Source of the DNA: an uncultured Gammaproteobacteria bacterium
GTDB taxonomy: Bacteria; Pseudomonadota; Gammaproteobacteria; JABCZS01
Length of the DNA stretch: 49,639 bases
NCBI GenBank assembly: GCA_964443025.1
Contig: CAYUEL010000003.1
Location: 1 to 49,639 of the forward strand
Reading direction: 5' to 3'
Under the pieces are notes generated by a model. It was not told where the DNA came from. It made no database searches and was given only the letters and a program-made list of their open reading frames with translations. The position numbers and the translations under genes were made by a program. Positions 17,703 to 25,959 of this stretch are shown piece by piece (within the stretch, counting starts at the first letter, position 1; every line of letters starts with the position of its first letter).

Positions 17703-18660
17703 GGGCTTTGGCTGTTATTTTTGTTTTATTGATGGTATCAAGATAAGCTTTCACACCTTCTTGGACTGTTTTAAACTCATGCTTATAGCCAGCCGCACGC
17801 AATTGACTGATGTCTGCTTGCGTGAAACTTTGATAACGTCCTTTTAAATGTTCGGGGAATGGAATGTATTCGATCTCACCAAAACCATGCCACGCAATCA
17901 CACTTTTAGCGATGTCATTAAAGCTTTGGCTGCGGCCCGTCCCACAATTGAAGATACCTGAAATGTCAGGATGTTGCCAAAACCACAAATTAACATTCAC
18001 AACGTCATCGACATATACAAAATCTCGACGTTGTTCACCATTGCCATAACCATCACAGCCTTCAAACAATTTAACTTTTTTATGTTCTTGAATTTGATTG
18101 TTATGATGAAATGCAACACTCGACATGGATTTTTTATGTTGTTCACGTGGACCATATACATTGAAATAACGTAACCCAACGATTTGACTTTCAACATTGC
18201 CTAAATAACGGCGCACATATTGATCAAACAAAAATTTTGAATACCCGTAAACGTTTAATGGTTTTTCATGTGAACGTTGTTCTTTGAAAATAGTGCCATC
18301 GCCATATACTGCGGCACTGGAAGCATAAATATAGGGTACTTTGTTTTCCAAGCAAAAATGCAATAATGATTTGGAATATTCATAATTGTTTTGCATCATG
18401 AATTTTCCATCCCACTCGGTGGTATCGGAACAAGCACCTTCATGAAAAATTACATCCACATTATCAAAACCATTCATATCGATGTATTCTAAAAATACGT
18501 CTTTATCAAGATAATCTTGTATTTCCAGATCAGACATATTGACAAATCGCGTACCATCTTTGAGATCATCCACCGCAATAATATCGGTACGACCCTGTGC
18601 GTTTAACGTCTTAACAATGTTGCTACCAATAAAACCTGAAGCGCCCGTTACAATAATCAT
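17680..18660 (-). CDS. hldD: ADP-L-glycero-D-manno-heptose 6-epimerase
   Basis: [14 protein letters not shown] Rossmann motif and the YGYSK catalytic motif. 326 aa. Its 3-prime end overlaps the waaA start by 23 nt. Confidence 0.93.
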   Translation of the reverse strand: MIIVTGASGFIGSNIVKTLNAQGRTDIIAVDDLKDGTRFVNMSDLEIQDYLDKDVFLEYIDMNGFDNVDVIFHEGACSDTTEWDGKFMMQNNYEYSKSLLHFCLENKVPYIYASSAAVYGDGTIFKEQRSHEKPLNVYGYSKFLFDQYVRRYLGNVESQIVGLRYFNVYGPREQHKKSMSSVAFHHNNQIQEHKKVKLFEGCDGYGNGEQRRDFVYVDDVVNVNLWFWQHPDISGIFNCGTGRSQSFNDIAKSVIAWHGFGEIEYIPFPEHLKGRYQSFTQADISQLRAAGYKHEFKTVQEGVKAYLDTINKTKITAKAHAKPETV

Positions 18661-20100
18661 TTAAACCTCCTCTGTTTCCTGATTGCACATTATTTTTTCG
18701 ATTAAACCCGTGGTTGAACAACCGGGCTTGAAGGCTAATATTTTAACTTCGCCACCATTAGCTAATACTTCTTTATGACCCGCAATTTCATGTACTTGAT
18801 AATCGCCACCCTTGACTAATACATCGGGTAATATTTCTGCATATAAACGTTGCGGCGTACTTTCATTGAATGGAACAACCCAATCCACCGCTTCTAATCC
18901 AGCCAATACTTGCATGCGATTTTCTAAACTATTGAGCGGACGTGAATCACCTTTCAAACCACGCACCGATTCATCATCGTTTACCGCAATCACAAGCCTA
19001 TCACCTAATGCTTTAGCTTGCGTTAAATATTGAACATGTCCCGCATGCAGGATATCAAAGCAACCGTTGGTCATCACCACTTTTTTGCCTTGCTGTTGCG
19101 CAGCACGCACTAATTTGCAAATCTCTGCCTGAGAATAAATTTTATGAAGTTCATCTTTGGGAAGAGTGGATAATAATTCTGCTTCGGATACGGTTGCCGT
19201 TCCCATTTTCCCGACGACAATACCGGCGGCGGTATTGGCCATTGCGGCAGCCTGAGCAAAATCCAATCCACCCGCGTAACTGGCTGCTAATACGGCAATC
19301 ACCGTATCGCCCGCACCTGTTACGTCGTACACTTCGCGCGCCTGTGCTTTCAAATGCGTAACATCTATAGCTGTCACCAAGCTCATGCCTTTTTCACCAC
19401 GTGTAATTAACATACCTTGTAAATTGGCTTTAGTGATGAGGGCGCGTGCTTTTGTTATCAATGATTCTTCATCGGTCACTTTCCCAGCCATTTCTTGAAA
19501 TTCTTTAAAGTTTGGCGTCACTAAGGTTGCGCCTTCATAATGCATGATATCGGATTTTTTAGGGTCAACCAGGACAGGAACCTGATAAAAATTGGCAATG
19601 CGGATCAGATCCGCTGCTTTGGCTAAAGCGCCTTTACCATAATCCGAAAGGACGACCACATCCGCCTGTTTCACTTGCTGCTCAAATAGACGGTGTAACT
19701 CTGGCAAACAAGATTCCGGGTAGACTTCTTCAAAATCCAGACGAATCAACTGTTGATGTTGGCTGAGAACCCGTAATTTAGTAATGGTCGGGTAGTTAGA
19801 GGCTGGGGCAAACTGAAAATCCACCCCGGCTTGATTCAGAAGACGGGCCAACATGGCGGCCGCTTCATCTTCCCCTACCAGGCCTAATAGGGTCACATTC
19901 GCACCCAAGGCAGCCACGTTCAGCGCTACGTTGGCAGCACCCCCAGGCACCTGCTTATGTTCATTGATATTCACGACCGGCACAGGCGCCTCAGGCGATA
20001 TACGTCCCGCAACACCATGCCAGTAGCGATCAAGCATAACGTCACCCACGACTAAGACGCGGGTATGGGTAAAATCAGGTAGTTGTGTCGACATACGCAC
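18661..20100 (-). CDS. hldE: bifunctional D-beta-D-heptose 7-phosphate kinase / heptose 1-phosphate adenylyltransferase
   Basis: N-terminal ribokinase-like domain (DVTGAGD) plus a C-terminal cytidylyltransferase domain (TNGCFDILHAGH). 479 aa. Confidence 0.95.
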   Translation of the reverse strand: MRMSTQLPDFTHTRVLVVGDVMLDRYWHGVAGRISPEAPVPVVNINEHKQVPGGAANVALNVAALGANVTLLGLVGEDEAAAMLARLLNQAGVDFQFAPASNYPTITKLRVLSQHQQLIRLDFEEVYPESCLPELHRLFEQQVKQADVVVLSDYGKGALAKAADLIRIANFYQVPVLVDPKKSDIMHYEGATLVTPNFKEFQEMAGKVTDEESLITKARALITKANLQGMLITRGEKGMSLVTAIDVTHLKAQAREVYDVTGAGDTVIAVLAASYAGGLDFAQAAAMANTAAGIVVGKMGTATVSEAELLSTLPKDELHKIYSQAEICKLVRAAQQQGKKVVMTNGCFDILHAGHVQYLTQAKALGDRLVIAVNDDESVRGLKGDSRPLNSLENRMQVLAGLEAVDWVVPFNESTPQRLYAEILPDVLVKGGDYQVHEIAGHKEVLANGGEVKILAFKPGCSTTGLIEKIMCNQETEEV

Positions 20101-20163
20101 CCCTAAATAAAAAGCGATTTTACCACACTTTTTAAGGGAAAGAGAAAAAGTTGTTTGTTTAAC

Positions 20164-22095
20164 TTATCGTTTTTTCTTAAGCGATTCGCCTGAAATGCTC
20201 TGTTCTTCTTTAACCCGTTTGTCATGCCATAGGAGCGTGTTCAAACGACCACCCCCTAGGGAGTCTGCAATGGGTCCATCCGTAATCTTTTGGTTTTGTG
20301 GACTAGTTCGCTGTTCATCATGCAGGACCAACGCACAATTGAGCACCCCTACGCGAGCATTGTCTACATGCTTTGCCGTTAAAGCCGGATCAAATCCCAG
20401 GGTAAAACCAGGTGCCTCCTCTTCATTCACTGCCGGACCTTTCGTACCCATACCTTTTTGCATCTGCGAGTTAACAACAACACCGCTATCACGTTCAAAG
20501 CGCTGTTCCGTGATATAAAACGAGCGATCTTGTTCATAGGCCGACAGTTTTAGCATATGGCTGTTTTGTTGTTCATTCGGGCTTAGTTGCACATCACGTA
20601 CCACATCCACTTCCAATAAATGATTGAGCCAAAACTTTCGACCCCATTGAAATAATGCAATCGTTATCAATGACACTAATAACATGGCCACTTGGCTCAT
20701 CTCGGCCAACTTGCTCACGTAAGGTAATGAAATAATACTTAGGTTGGTTAATAGCAAAGGGATTCCCAGAGTTAGCAAGGGCATCATAAAAAAAGACGCC
20801 ATGACCACGTTACTTAATAGGATAAAAAATTTGTATCCCCCATGTTCCGCCTGATTGAAATGCCATAAGAATGCTTGCCAAGTTTTTTTGAATGGAACCC
20901 ATACTTCATCACGTTGATAATAGTTTTCTTTGCCCCAATAGTAATACACCATTGCCGCTGCGGATAATAATGCAGATCCCACCATAGTTAATGCGCTATA
21001 AATCGTACCCATGTCAACGAGGTGTTGATTTTTCAATAGTCCGAATTGCAATCCACCGGTTAATACCCACGCGAAAAAACTAACAGATATTGTGAATATC
21101 AATGCATATAAAAATTCTAACCCATGGTATTGGCGCCATCGATTCAAGCGATACCATAATGCGGGATCTTCAATACGCGTATTCCCGCTATACCCATAAG
21201 AAAGCACATTTTCATAAGGATAATACTTTGCTTCCGTGTCGTTCGCTTTATAAAAAATTGTAGAAGCAATCAACTTACTTTTGGGTTGGTCAATAGCCTT
21301 CTTTCTTAACTCTTGATGTTGATAAAATAAATTATTGGCTTTTGTTTTTGTGTTTTCCGTTGCTGTATTTTCCGTGCTCAATTTTGTATACTTGGTTGAA
21401 GGGGTTCTTTTACCTGCATCAGGTATTATCTCTACTTCCATTTCTGGAAACGTTTCATCCCCACTGATCGCTGCTACAATCGCACGTTGTTTCAATTGTT
21501 TTGGATGGTAGGTTTTATTCAGATGATCCACATCGCCTTTTGTTAAATTTAATTCAATGGGTTGTTCATCTTTGATTATTGTACGATCAGAGAAATACAT
21601 TTTAATGGATATATCATTATCCTCATGATCGTGCTCAAATTCAAATATCAATTGCACCGGTTCCGTGTTTTCACAGCCGTAACCACCCCAAGGTACATTT
21701 AATACGAATTTATTACGAAAGAGTTTTTTAGAAACGCCGACATTTTCAATCAATTTAAAAAAGAAATCTTTAAGTTCGTTTTCATTTTTATACTTGATTT
21801 CGAAATAGCCTTTACGAAAGATTGAAGCAATATCGGGATAGGTGATGATCTCACCAAATCCCTGTGATGCAAGCCGTTCCCCCAACACATTATTTGATTG
21901 TGATGCTTTCTGCTTTTCATCCTCATAAACTTTATTCACCAGAATAAACAATTTGGCGAGTAATAGATTACCGAGCCAAGGATCATCGCGATCCAGGGTG
22001 CGAATCAAAGCGCGGGTATCTTGTGTATCGGGCGCTGGGTTAGAAGTTGCCCCACCGGGCACGACTGCTGCTAATGTTTTAAATGAACCTGTCAT
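20164..22095 (-). CDS. hypothetical membrane protein (orphan, 643 aa)
   Basis: A soluble N-terminal part of about 330 aa is followed by four hydrophobic segments (about aa 335-505). The C-terminal part, about 135 aa, is soluble. I recognise no motif. Confidence 0.6.
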   Translation of the reverse strand: MTGSFKTLAAVVPGGATSNPAPDTQDTRALIRTLDRDDPWLGNLLLAKLFILVNKVYEDEKQKASQSNNVLGERLASQGFGEIITYPDIASIFRKGYFEIKYKNENELKDFFFKLIENVGVSKKLFRNKFVLNVPWGGYGCENTEPVQLIFEFEHDHEDNDISIKMYFSDRTIIKDEQPIELNLTKGDVDHLNKTYHPKQLKQRAIVAAISGDETFPEMEVEIIPDAGKRTPSTKYTKLSTENTATENTKTKANNLFYQHQELRKKAIDQPKSKLIASTIFYKANDTEAKYYPYENVLSYGYSGNTRIEDPALWYRLNRWRQYHGLEFLYALIFTISVSFFAWVLTGGLQFGLLKNQHLVDMGTIYSALTMVGSALLSAAAMVYYYWGKENYYQRDEVWVPFKKTWQAFLWHFNQAEHGGYKFFILLSNVVMASFFMMPLLTLGIPLLLTNLSIISLPYVSKLAEMSQVAMLLVSLITIALFQWGRKFWLNHLLEVDVVRDVQLSPNEQQNSHMLKLSAYEQDRSFYITEQRFERDSGVVVNSQMQKGMGTKGPAVNEEEAPGFTLGFDPALTAKHVDNARVGVLNCALVLHDEQRTSPQNQKITDGPIADSLGGGRLNTLLWHDKRVKEEQSISGESLKKKR

Positions 22096-22152
22096 ATTTT
22101 AGTAACTACCTTTTAGATTATTGTTATTATAAACGTAATAATACCATAATAT

Positions 22153-22518
22153 TTATACGAGTGCATCTACTTCAACAAACAATGCGGCAGCAATTCGCTT
22201 CAATACTTTTTTACTTCCCGATCGTATTTGATGTTCTAGTTGCGACAAATAAGGAATACTGATGCTGGCTTGTAAAGCAAGTTCGGCTTGTGATAACCCC
22301 TTAAATTCCCGCCAAATTTTGATGGGGCTTTCGCCTTGCTTCAGCCGTGTTTGTAAATGTTGAGGCAGCACTTCATGCCGTTGTTTAGGCTTTTGCGTGA
22401 TGAGTTGCATAATGAGCTGCTCTTGCTCCTTCAGCTTTATATATTGCTGATACGGCAATATCGCCCATTGGGGTTGTCCATTCGATGGAATGAACTGTAC
22501 GTCTGGTTTTACAGCCAC
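22153..22518 (-). CDS. XRE-family HTH regulator with a Phd/antitoxin-like N-terminus
   Basis: HTH segment KGLSQAELALQASISIPYLSQLEHQIRSGS. The N-terminal PQWAILPYQQYIKL resembles antitoxin beta-strand motifs. GTG start at 22518 with GAGG 7 nt upstream. Confidence 0.75.
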   Translation of the reverse strand: MAVKPDVQFIPSNGQPQWAILPYQQYIKLKEQEQLIMQLITQKPKQRHEVLPQHLQTRLKQGESPIKIWREFKGLSQAELALQASISIPYLSQLEHQIRSGSKKVLKRIAAALFVEVDALV

Positions 22519-22567
22519 ACTGATGCCTCAAAATAAATACAACAAATAGGTTTGTTAACCTTCGCCC

Positions 22568-22605
22568 AAAAAAAAGAAAAGGGGACCCCTTCCAAATGGA
22601 AGGGG
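22568..22605 (-). terminator. intrinsic terminator (minus strand)
   Basis: On the minus strand CCCCTTCC-ATTT-GGAAGGGG is an 8-bp GC-rich stem (22586-22605) followed by TCCCCTTTTCTTTTTTTT. It ends about 50 nt upstream of the XRE start codon. Confidence 0.65.
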
Positions 22606-22790
22606 CTGCGGGTTGGTGTTGTCAATCTCCAACTCGCAATCCTTCGCAAGTCGCTATACGACCCCGGCGATGACTGCCCGCGTCCCCCTTTATGAAATAA
22701 TGAAGCCTTTCTGGGTAATGGGGCGGCTCACACAGCCGCCCATCACAATAAGTACACTACTAGTCCAAGGATTGCTTCATTGCTCACATT
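22568..22790 (-). ncRNA. candidate structured RNA or transcribed leader (about 220 nt, promoter-to-terminator unit)
   Basis: A GC-rich block sits in an otherwise AT-rich intergenic region. It contains the hairpin GGGCGGC-TGTGTGA-GCCGCCC and lies between a TTGACA-N16-TAATAT promoter and the terminator above. I recognise no Rfam family by eye. Confidence 0.4.
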
Positions 22791-22794
22791 CATG

Positions 22795-22822
22795 ATATTA
22801 GCATACTGCTAAATATTGTCAA
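22795..22822 (-). promoter_or_regulatory. sigma70-type promoter for the minus-strand RNA / XRE unit
   Basis: On the minus strand, TTGACA (22817-22822) is followed by a 16-nt spacer and TAATAT (22795-22800). Confidence 0.45.
22798..22812. promoter_or_regulatory. operator-like palindrome TTAGCA-N3-TGCTAA (copy 1, overlaps the -10 and spacer)
   Basis: TTAGCATACTGCTAA is a perfect 6+6 palindrome. Confidence 0.5.
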
Positions 22823-22827
22823 ATGTA

Positions 22828-22848
22828 TAATTAGCAATTTGCTAATTA
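22828..22848. promoter_or_regulatory. operator-like palindrome TAATTAGCAA-T-TTGCTAATTA (copy 2, just upstream of the -35)
   Basis: A perfect 21-bp palindrome containing TTAGCA-N3-TGCTAA. Its centre is 33 bp from the centre of copy 1. Confidence 0.5.
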
Positions 22849-22856
22849 CAAAGATT

Positions 22857-22887
22857 GCGCTACTTATAGCTCCATTATAAGTAGCGC
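22857..22887. promoter_or_regulatory. 31-bp palindrome GCGCTACTTATA-N7-TATAAGTAGCGC (copy 1)
   Basis: Perfect 12-bp arms. It lies in the intergenic region upstream of the ATPase gene. Confidence 0.5.
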
Positions 22888-22911
22888 GATAATTTAAATT
22901 GTTGAGTTATT

Positions 22912-22942
22912 GCGCTACTTACAGTACTCTTATAAGTAGCGC
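22912..22942. promoter_or_regulatory. 31-bp palindrome GCGCTACTTACA-N7-TATAAGTAGCGC (copy 2)
   Basis: 12-bp arms with one mismatch, extended by TTATT/AATAA flanks. It ends 19 nt before the ATPase ATG, with RBS AGAGGA between. Confidence 0.5.
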
Positions 22943-22961
22943 AATAATTTAGAGGAAAACT

Positions 22962-24431
22962 ATGGCAACGTTATTAGGCAGATCTGATGAGCAGGAAATA
23001 TTACAGCAGGTTTTACATTCCGATCAACCTGAGTTTTTGGCTTTATATGGACGCAGACGTGTTGGCAAAACATATCTTATTAAAACTTTCTTTGAACAAC
23101 AAAATTGTTACTATTTTTGTGCAACAGGGATACAAAAAGGCACATTGAATGAACAGATCCGTGTATTTACCCAGGCAATAAGCCAAGCATTTTATCCAGG
23201 GGTAGAAATTAAAGAGAAAGATAATTGGTTTGATGTTTTAGAGTCACTCACCCAAACGTTAAATTCGGTAGTACCTAAAGGGAAGACAATAGTATTGTTT
23301 TTTGATGAATTTCCTTGGATGGCAACACGCAAATCCCATTTCATGGAAGCATTAGAATATTACTGGAATCAATATTGGTCAACCAATGCTCAAATTAAGT
23401 TAATTATTTGCGGCTCCTCTGCTTCTTGGATTATTCGAAAAATTATTAATAATAAGGGGGGTCTTCATAATAGGATCACCCGAAAAATACATTTAAAACC
23501 GTTTAAATTAAAAGATGTTAAACAATTTCTTCAAAAAATGGGGACAAAATTAAAGAATAAACATATTGCTGAAATATATATGGTTACCGGGGGAATTCCT
23601 TACTATCTCGCACAGATTAAAAAAGGTATGTCATCCACACAAGTGATTGAATCGTTAGTGTTCCAAAAAAATGGTTTACTCTTAAAAGAGTTTGACAATC
23701 TATTCAGCTCTCTATTTGATGATGCAGATGCTCATATTGAATTTTTAAAAATCATTGCAAAGCATCGGTATGGGGTAAGCCAAAAAACGCTGATTGAAGA
23801 ATCACAACACTGTAAAGCAGGCGGAACGGCAACTAAGAAACTGAACGAATTAATAGAAGCTGGATTTATTATGCAATTCAAACCTTATCTCAATAAGAAA
23901 AAAGGAATATATTATCGCATCATTGATGAGTATACGAATTTTTATTTACAATGGATTGAACCCTTAAAAAATACTCTTCAAAATGAGGCGTTGGATGAAG
24001 GTTATTGGGCACATGCCAAAGAAACAGGTGCCTGGAAAGCGTGGGCAGGTTATGCCTTTGAATCTATTTGCTATCAACATCTTTCTGAAATTCGCAAGGC
24101 ATTAAAATTAAATCCTATGGCAATACCCCATGCTTGGCAGTATAAATCTAAAAATGGGTCGACGGAAAAGGGGGCGCAGATTGACCTATTATTTGATCGT
24201 CGTGACGCAGCCATAACAGTGTGTGAAATCAAATTTACAGAATTGCCATTTACTTTAAATAAGCAAGAAGCAGATAACTTAACTAATAAGGTTGACGTCT
24301 TTTTGAAGCAAACCAAAAGCACAAAACAGATTTTTCTGGCCCTCATATCCGCCAGTGGCGTTAAACCCAGTATGTATTCAGAAGAAATGATTGCCAACGT
24401 GGTAACTCTAGACGATCTGTTCAACAATTAA
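22962..24431 (+). CDS. AAA-type ATPase with a C-terminal PD-(D/E)xK-like (DUF234-type) domain
   Basis: Walker A YGRRRVGKTYL and Walker B VLFFDEF. The C-terminal IDLLFDRRDAAITVCEIKF resembles a restriction-endonuclease-fold D...E-x-K motif. 489 aa. Confidence 0.8.
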   Translation: MATLLGRSDEQEILQQVLHSDQPEFLALYGRRRVGKTYLIKTFFEQQNCYYFCATGIQKGTLNEQIRVFTQAISQAFYPGVEIKEKDNWFDVLESLTQTLNSVVPKGKTIVLFFDEFPWMATRKSHFMEALEYYWNQYWSTNAQIKLIICGSSASWIIRKIINNKGGLHNRITRKIHLKPFKLKDVKQFLQKMGTKLKNKHIAEIYMVTGGIPYYLAQIKKGMSSTQVIESLVFQKNGLLLKEFDNLFSSLFDDADAHIEFLKIIAKHRYGVSQKTLIEESQHCKAGGTATKKLNELIEAGFIMQFKPYLNKKKGIYYRIIDEYTNFYLQWIEPLKNTLQNEALDEGYWAHAKETGAWKAWAGYAFESICYQHLSEIRKALKLNPMAIPHAWQYKSKNGSTEKGAQIDLLFDRRDAAITVCEIKFTELPFTLNKQEADNLTNKVDVFLKQTKSTKQIFLALISASGVKPSMYSEEMIANVVTLDDLFNN

Positions 24432-24462
24432 CTCGGACCAGCGAATATGCTATGATGCACGG

Positions 24463-25959
24463 ATGCGAACTTTGATTAACAAACTGCTAACCATGGATTG
24501 CCGCCTTTTTGCGGGCTTCCTTAGCTTCTTCATCTCTTTGTTACGTAGCTACAACAATCTCGTGAATTACGATGGCATTTTATATTTGCGCACCGCGCAA
24601 TTCATTCAAGAAGGGCAGTGGGTTACAGGTTTAGATACTTATTATTGGATGTTCTATTCCGTATTGATCGCCGGTGTTTCAACGGCTACATCACTATCAC
24701 TAGAAAATAGCGCTTATATTCTCAATGCTATTTCATATGCGATCATGACCGTTGGGTTTATTACCGTGGTGAAATTACTCGGCGCTGATAACCGCGTGCA
24801 ATGGCTTGCATTTTTGGTCATTATCATTCATCCGGGTTTAAATGAATACCGTGACAGCATCATTCGTGATTTTGGTTTATGGGCCATGTTACCCTGGGCC
24901 TTGTATTGTTTAATTAAATACGCTGAACTTGGACAGTTTCGTTACGTGGTGGGATGGACATTCGCAGCAATTATCGGATTTCTGTTCCGTATTGAAGCTA
25001 TTTTATTATTAATGCTTGGGCCCTTAGGTTTATATGTTTGTCTTCCACAATTAACATTCAAGCAAAAAACAATCACTGTATTAAAAGCACAAAGTTTAAC
25101 TTTATTGATAGTAATTTTAAGTTTTCTTGCATTATTGCTAAGCGATAAAATGCATTACCTAGGACGATTGCAAGAATTGCCTAAGGCGCTGTATTTTCTT
25201 TTATTCAGTAGTTTGGATGTGTATCGCGAAAAAGCCAATGTATTTAGCAGCGATATGTCGATCTTCTTTAAACCCAAACATGGCATGGTCGCTTTATTCG
25301 GCGCATTGTTAACCTATTCCCTTTATTTACTCATCAAATTATTAACGCCACTTTATACCGTACTCATGGGATATGCCGTTTACCGAAAAGCCGTTCCGAA
25401 TTATTACGCGATTCGTATGGTGATTTGGTTTATGATTATTTTTGCGATGGGCTTATCCGCCCATCTGATGCAACATTTCTTTTTCAGCAGCCGTTATTTA
25501 ATGCCTCTCGCCTTATTAATGATGCTTTGGGTTCCTTTTGCGATTGAAGCATTCATTATCTTACGTAAAAAAGTGTGGTTGATTATTACCAGTTTAATCA
25601 TGATTTATATGCTGATCGATGGGCTTATCAGCTTTGGTTACAGTAAAGCCTATATTCGTGATGCGGGATTATGGCTTCAAGAAAACAAACCTAATGCGAA
25701 CGTGTATACGAACAGCAAGCAGGTGGCTTATTATGCGCATAATCCGAGCGTTGATTGGAACCGTGATTTTAACGAGGATTATGATATGTCGTTGTTAACA
25801 TCCGGTGAATGGAAAGAGTATGATGTGTTAGCGTTGCGTCATGATAAAAAATCGCAAGAATTAAATAATTTAATTGAAACATTGCCGAATGTTATTATTC
25901 TTCAGGAATACCACAATAAGCGCGATGATGCCGTGGTGATTATTGAGGTTATGGATTAA
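24463..25959 (+). CDS. polytopic membrane protein, probable ArnT/PMT-like (GT39/GT83-type) glycosyltransferase
   Basis: 498 aa with more than 10 hydrophobic segments and a soluble C-terminal part of about 110 aa. It sits in an LPS context. The family assignment rests on architecture only. Confidence 0.5.
   Translation: MRTLINKLLTMDCRLFAGFLSFFISLLRSYNNLVNYDGILYLRTAQFIQEGQWVTGLDTYYWMFYSVLIAGVSTATSLSLENSAYILNAISYAIMTVGFITVVKLLGADNRVQWLAFLVIIIHPGLNEYRDSIIRDFGLWAMLPWALYCLIKYAELGQFRYVVGWTFAAIIGFLFRIEAILLLMLGPLGLYVCLPQLTFKQKTITVLKAQSLTLLIVILSFLALLLSDKMHYLGRLQELPKALYFLLFSSLDVYREKANVFSSDMSIFFKPKHGMVALFGALLTYSLYLLIKLLTPLYTVLMGYAVYRKAVPNYYAIRMVIWFMIIFAMGLSAHLMQHFFFSSRYLMPLALLMMLWVPFAIEAFIILRKKVWLIITSLIMIYMLIDGLISFGYSKAYIRDAGLWLQENKPNANVYTNSKQVAYYAHNPSVDWNRDFNEDYDMSLLTSGEWKEYDVLALRHDKKSQELNNLIETLPNVIILQEYHNKRDDAVVIIEVMD

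Noticed and set aside
22568-22790. The GC-rich RNA unit as an RsmY/RsmZ-type CsrA-sponge, with the TTAGCAATTTGCTAA palindrome as a LetA/GacA box.
   Set aside because: There are only five GGA triplets in about 220 nt, close to random expectation, and they are not obviously presented in hairpin loops. The palindrome is 15 nt with a different half-site from the published GacA/LetA boxes as I recall them. It is kept as an unclassified structured RNA instead.
22613-22795. A 60-aa + strand ORF inside the GC-rich intergenic block.
   Set aside because: It has no RBS and runs opposite to the promoter and terminator signals. Its sequence has no recognisable features, and the region is better explained as RNA.
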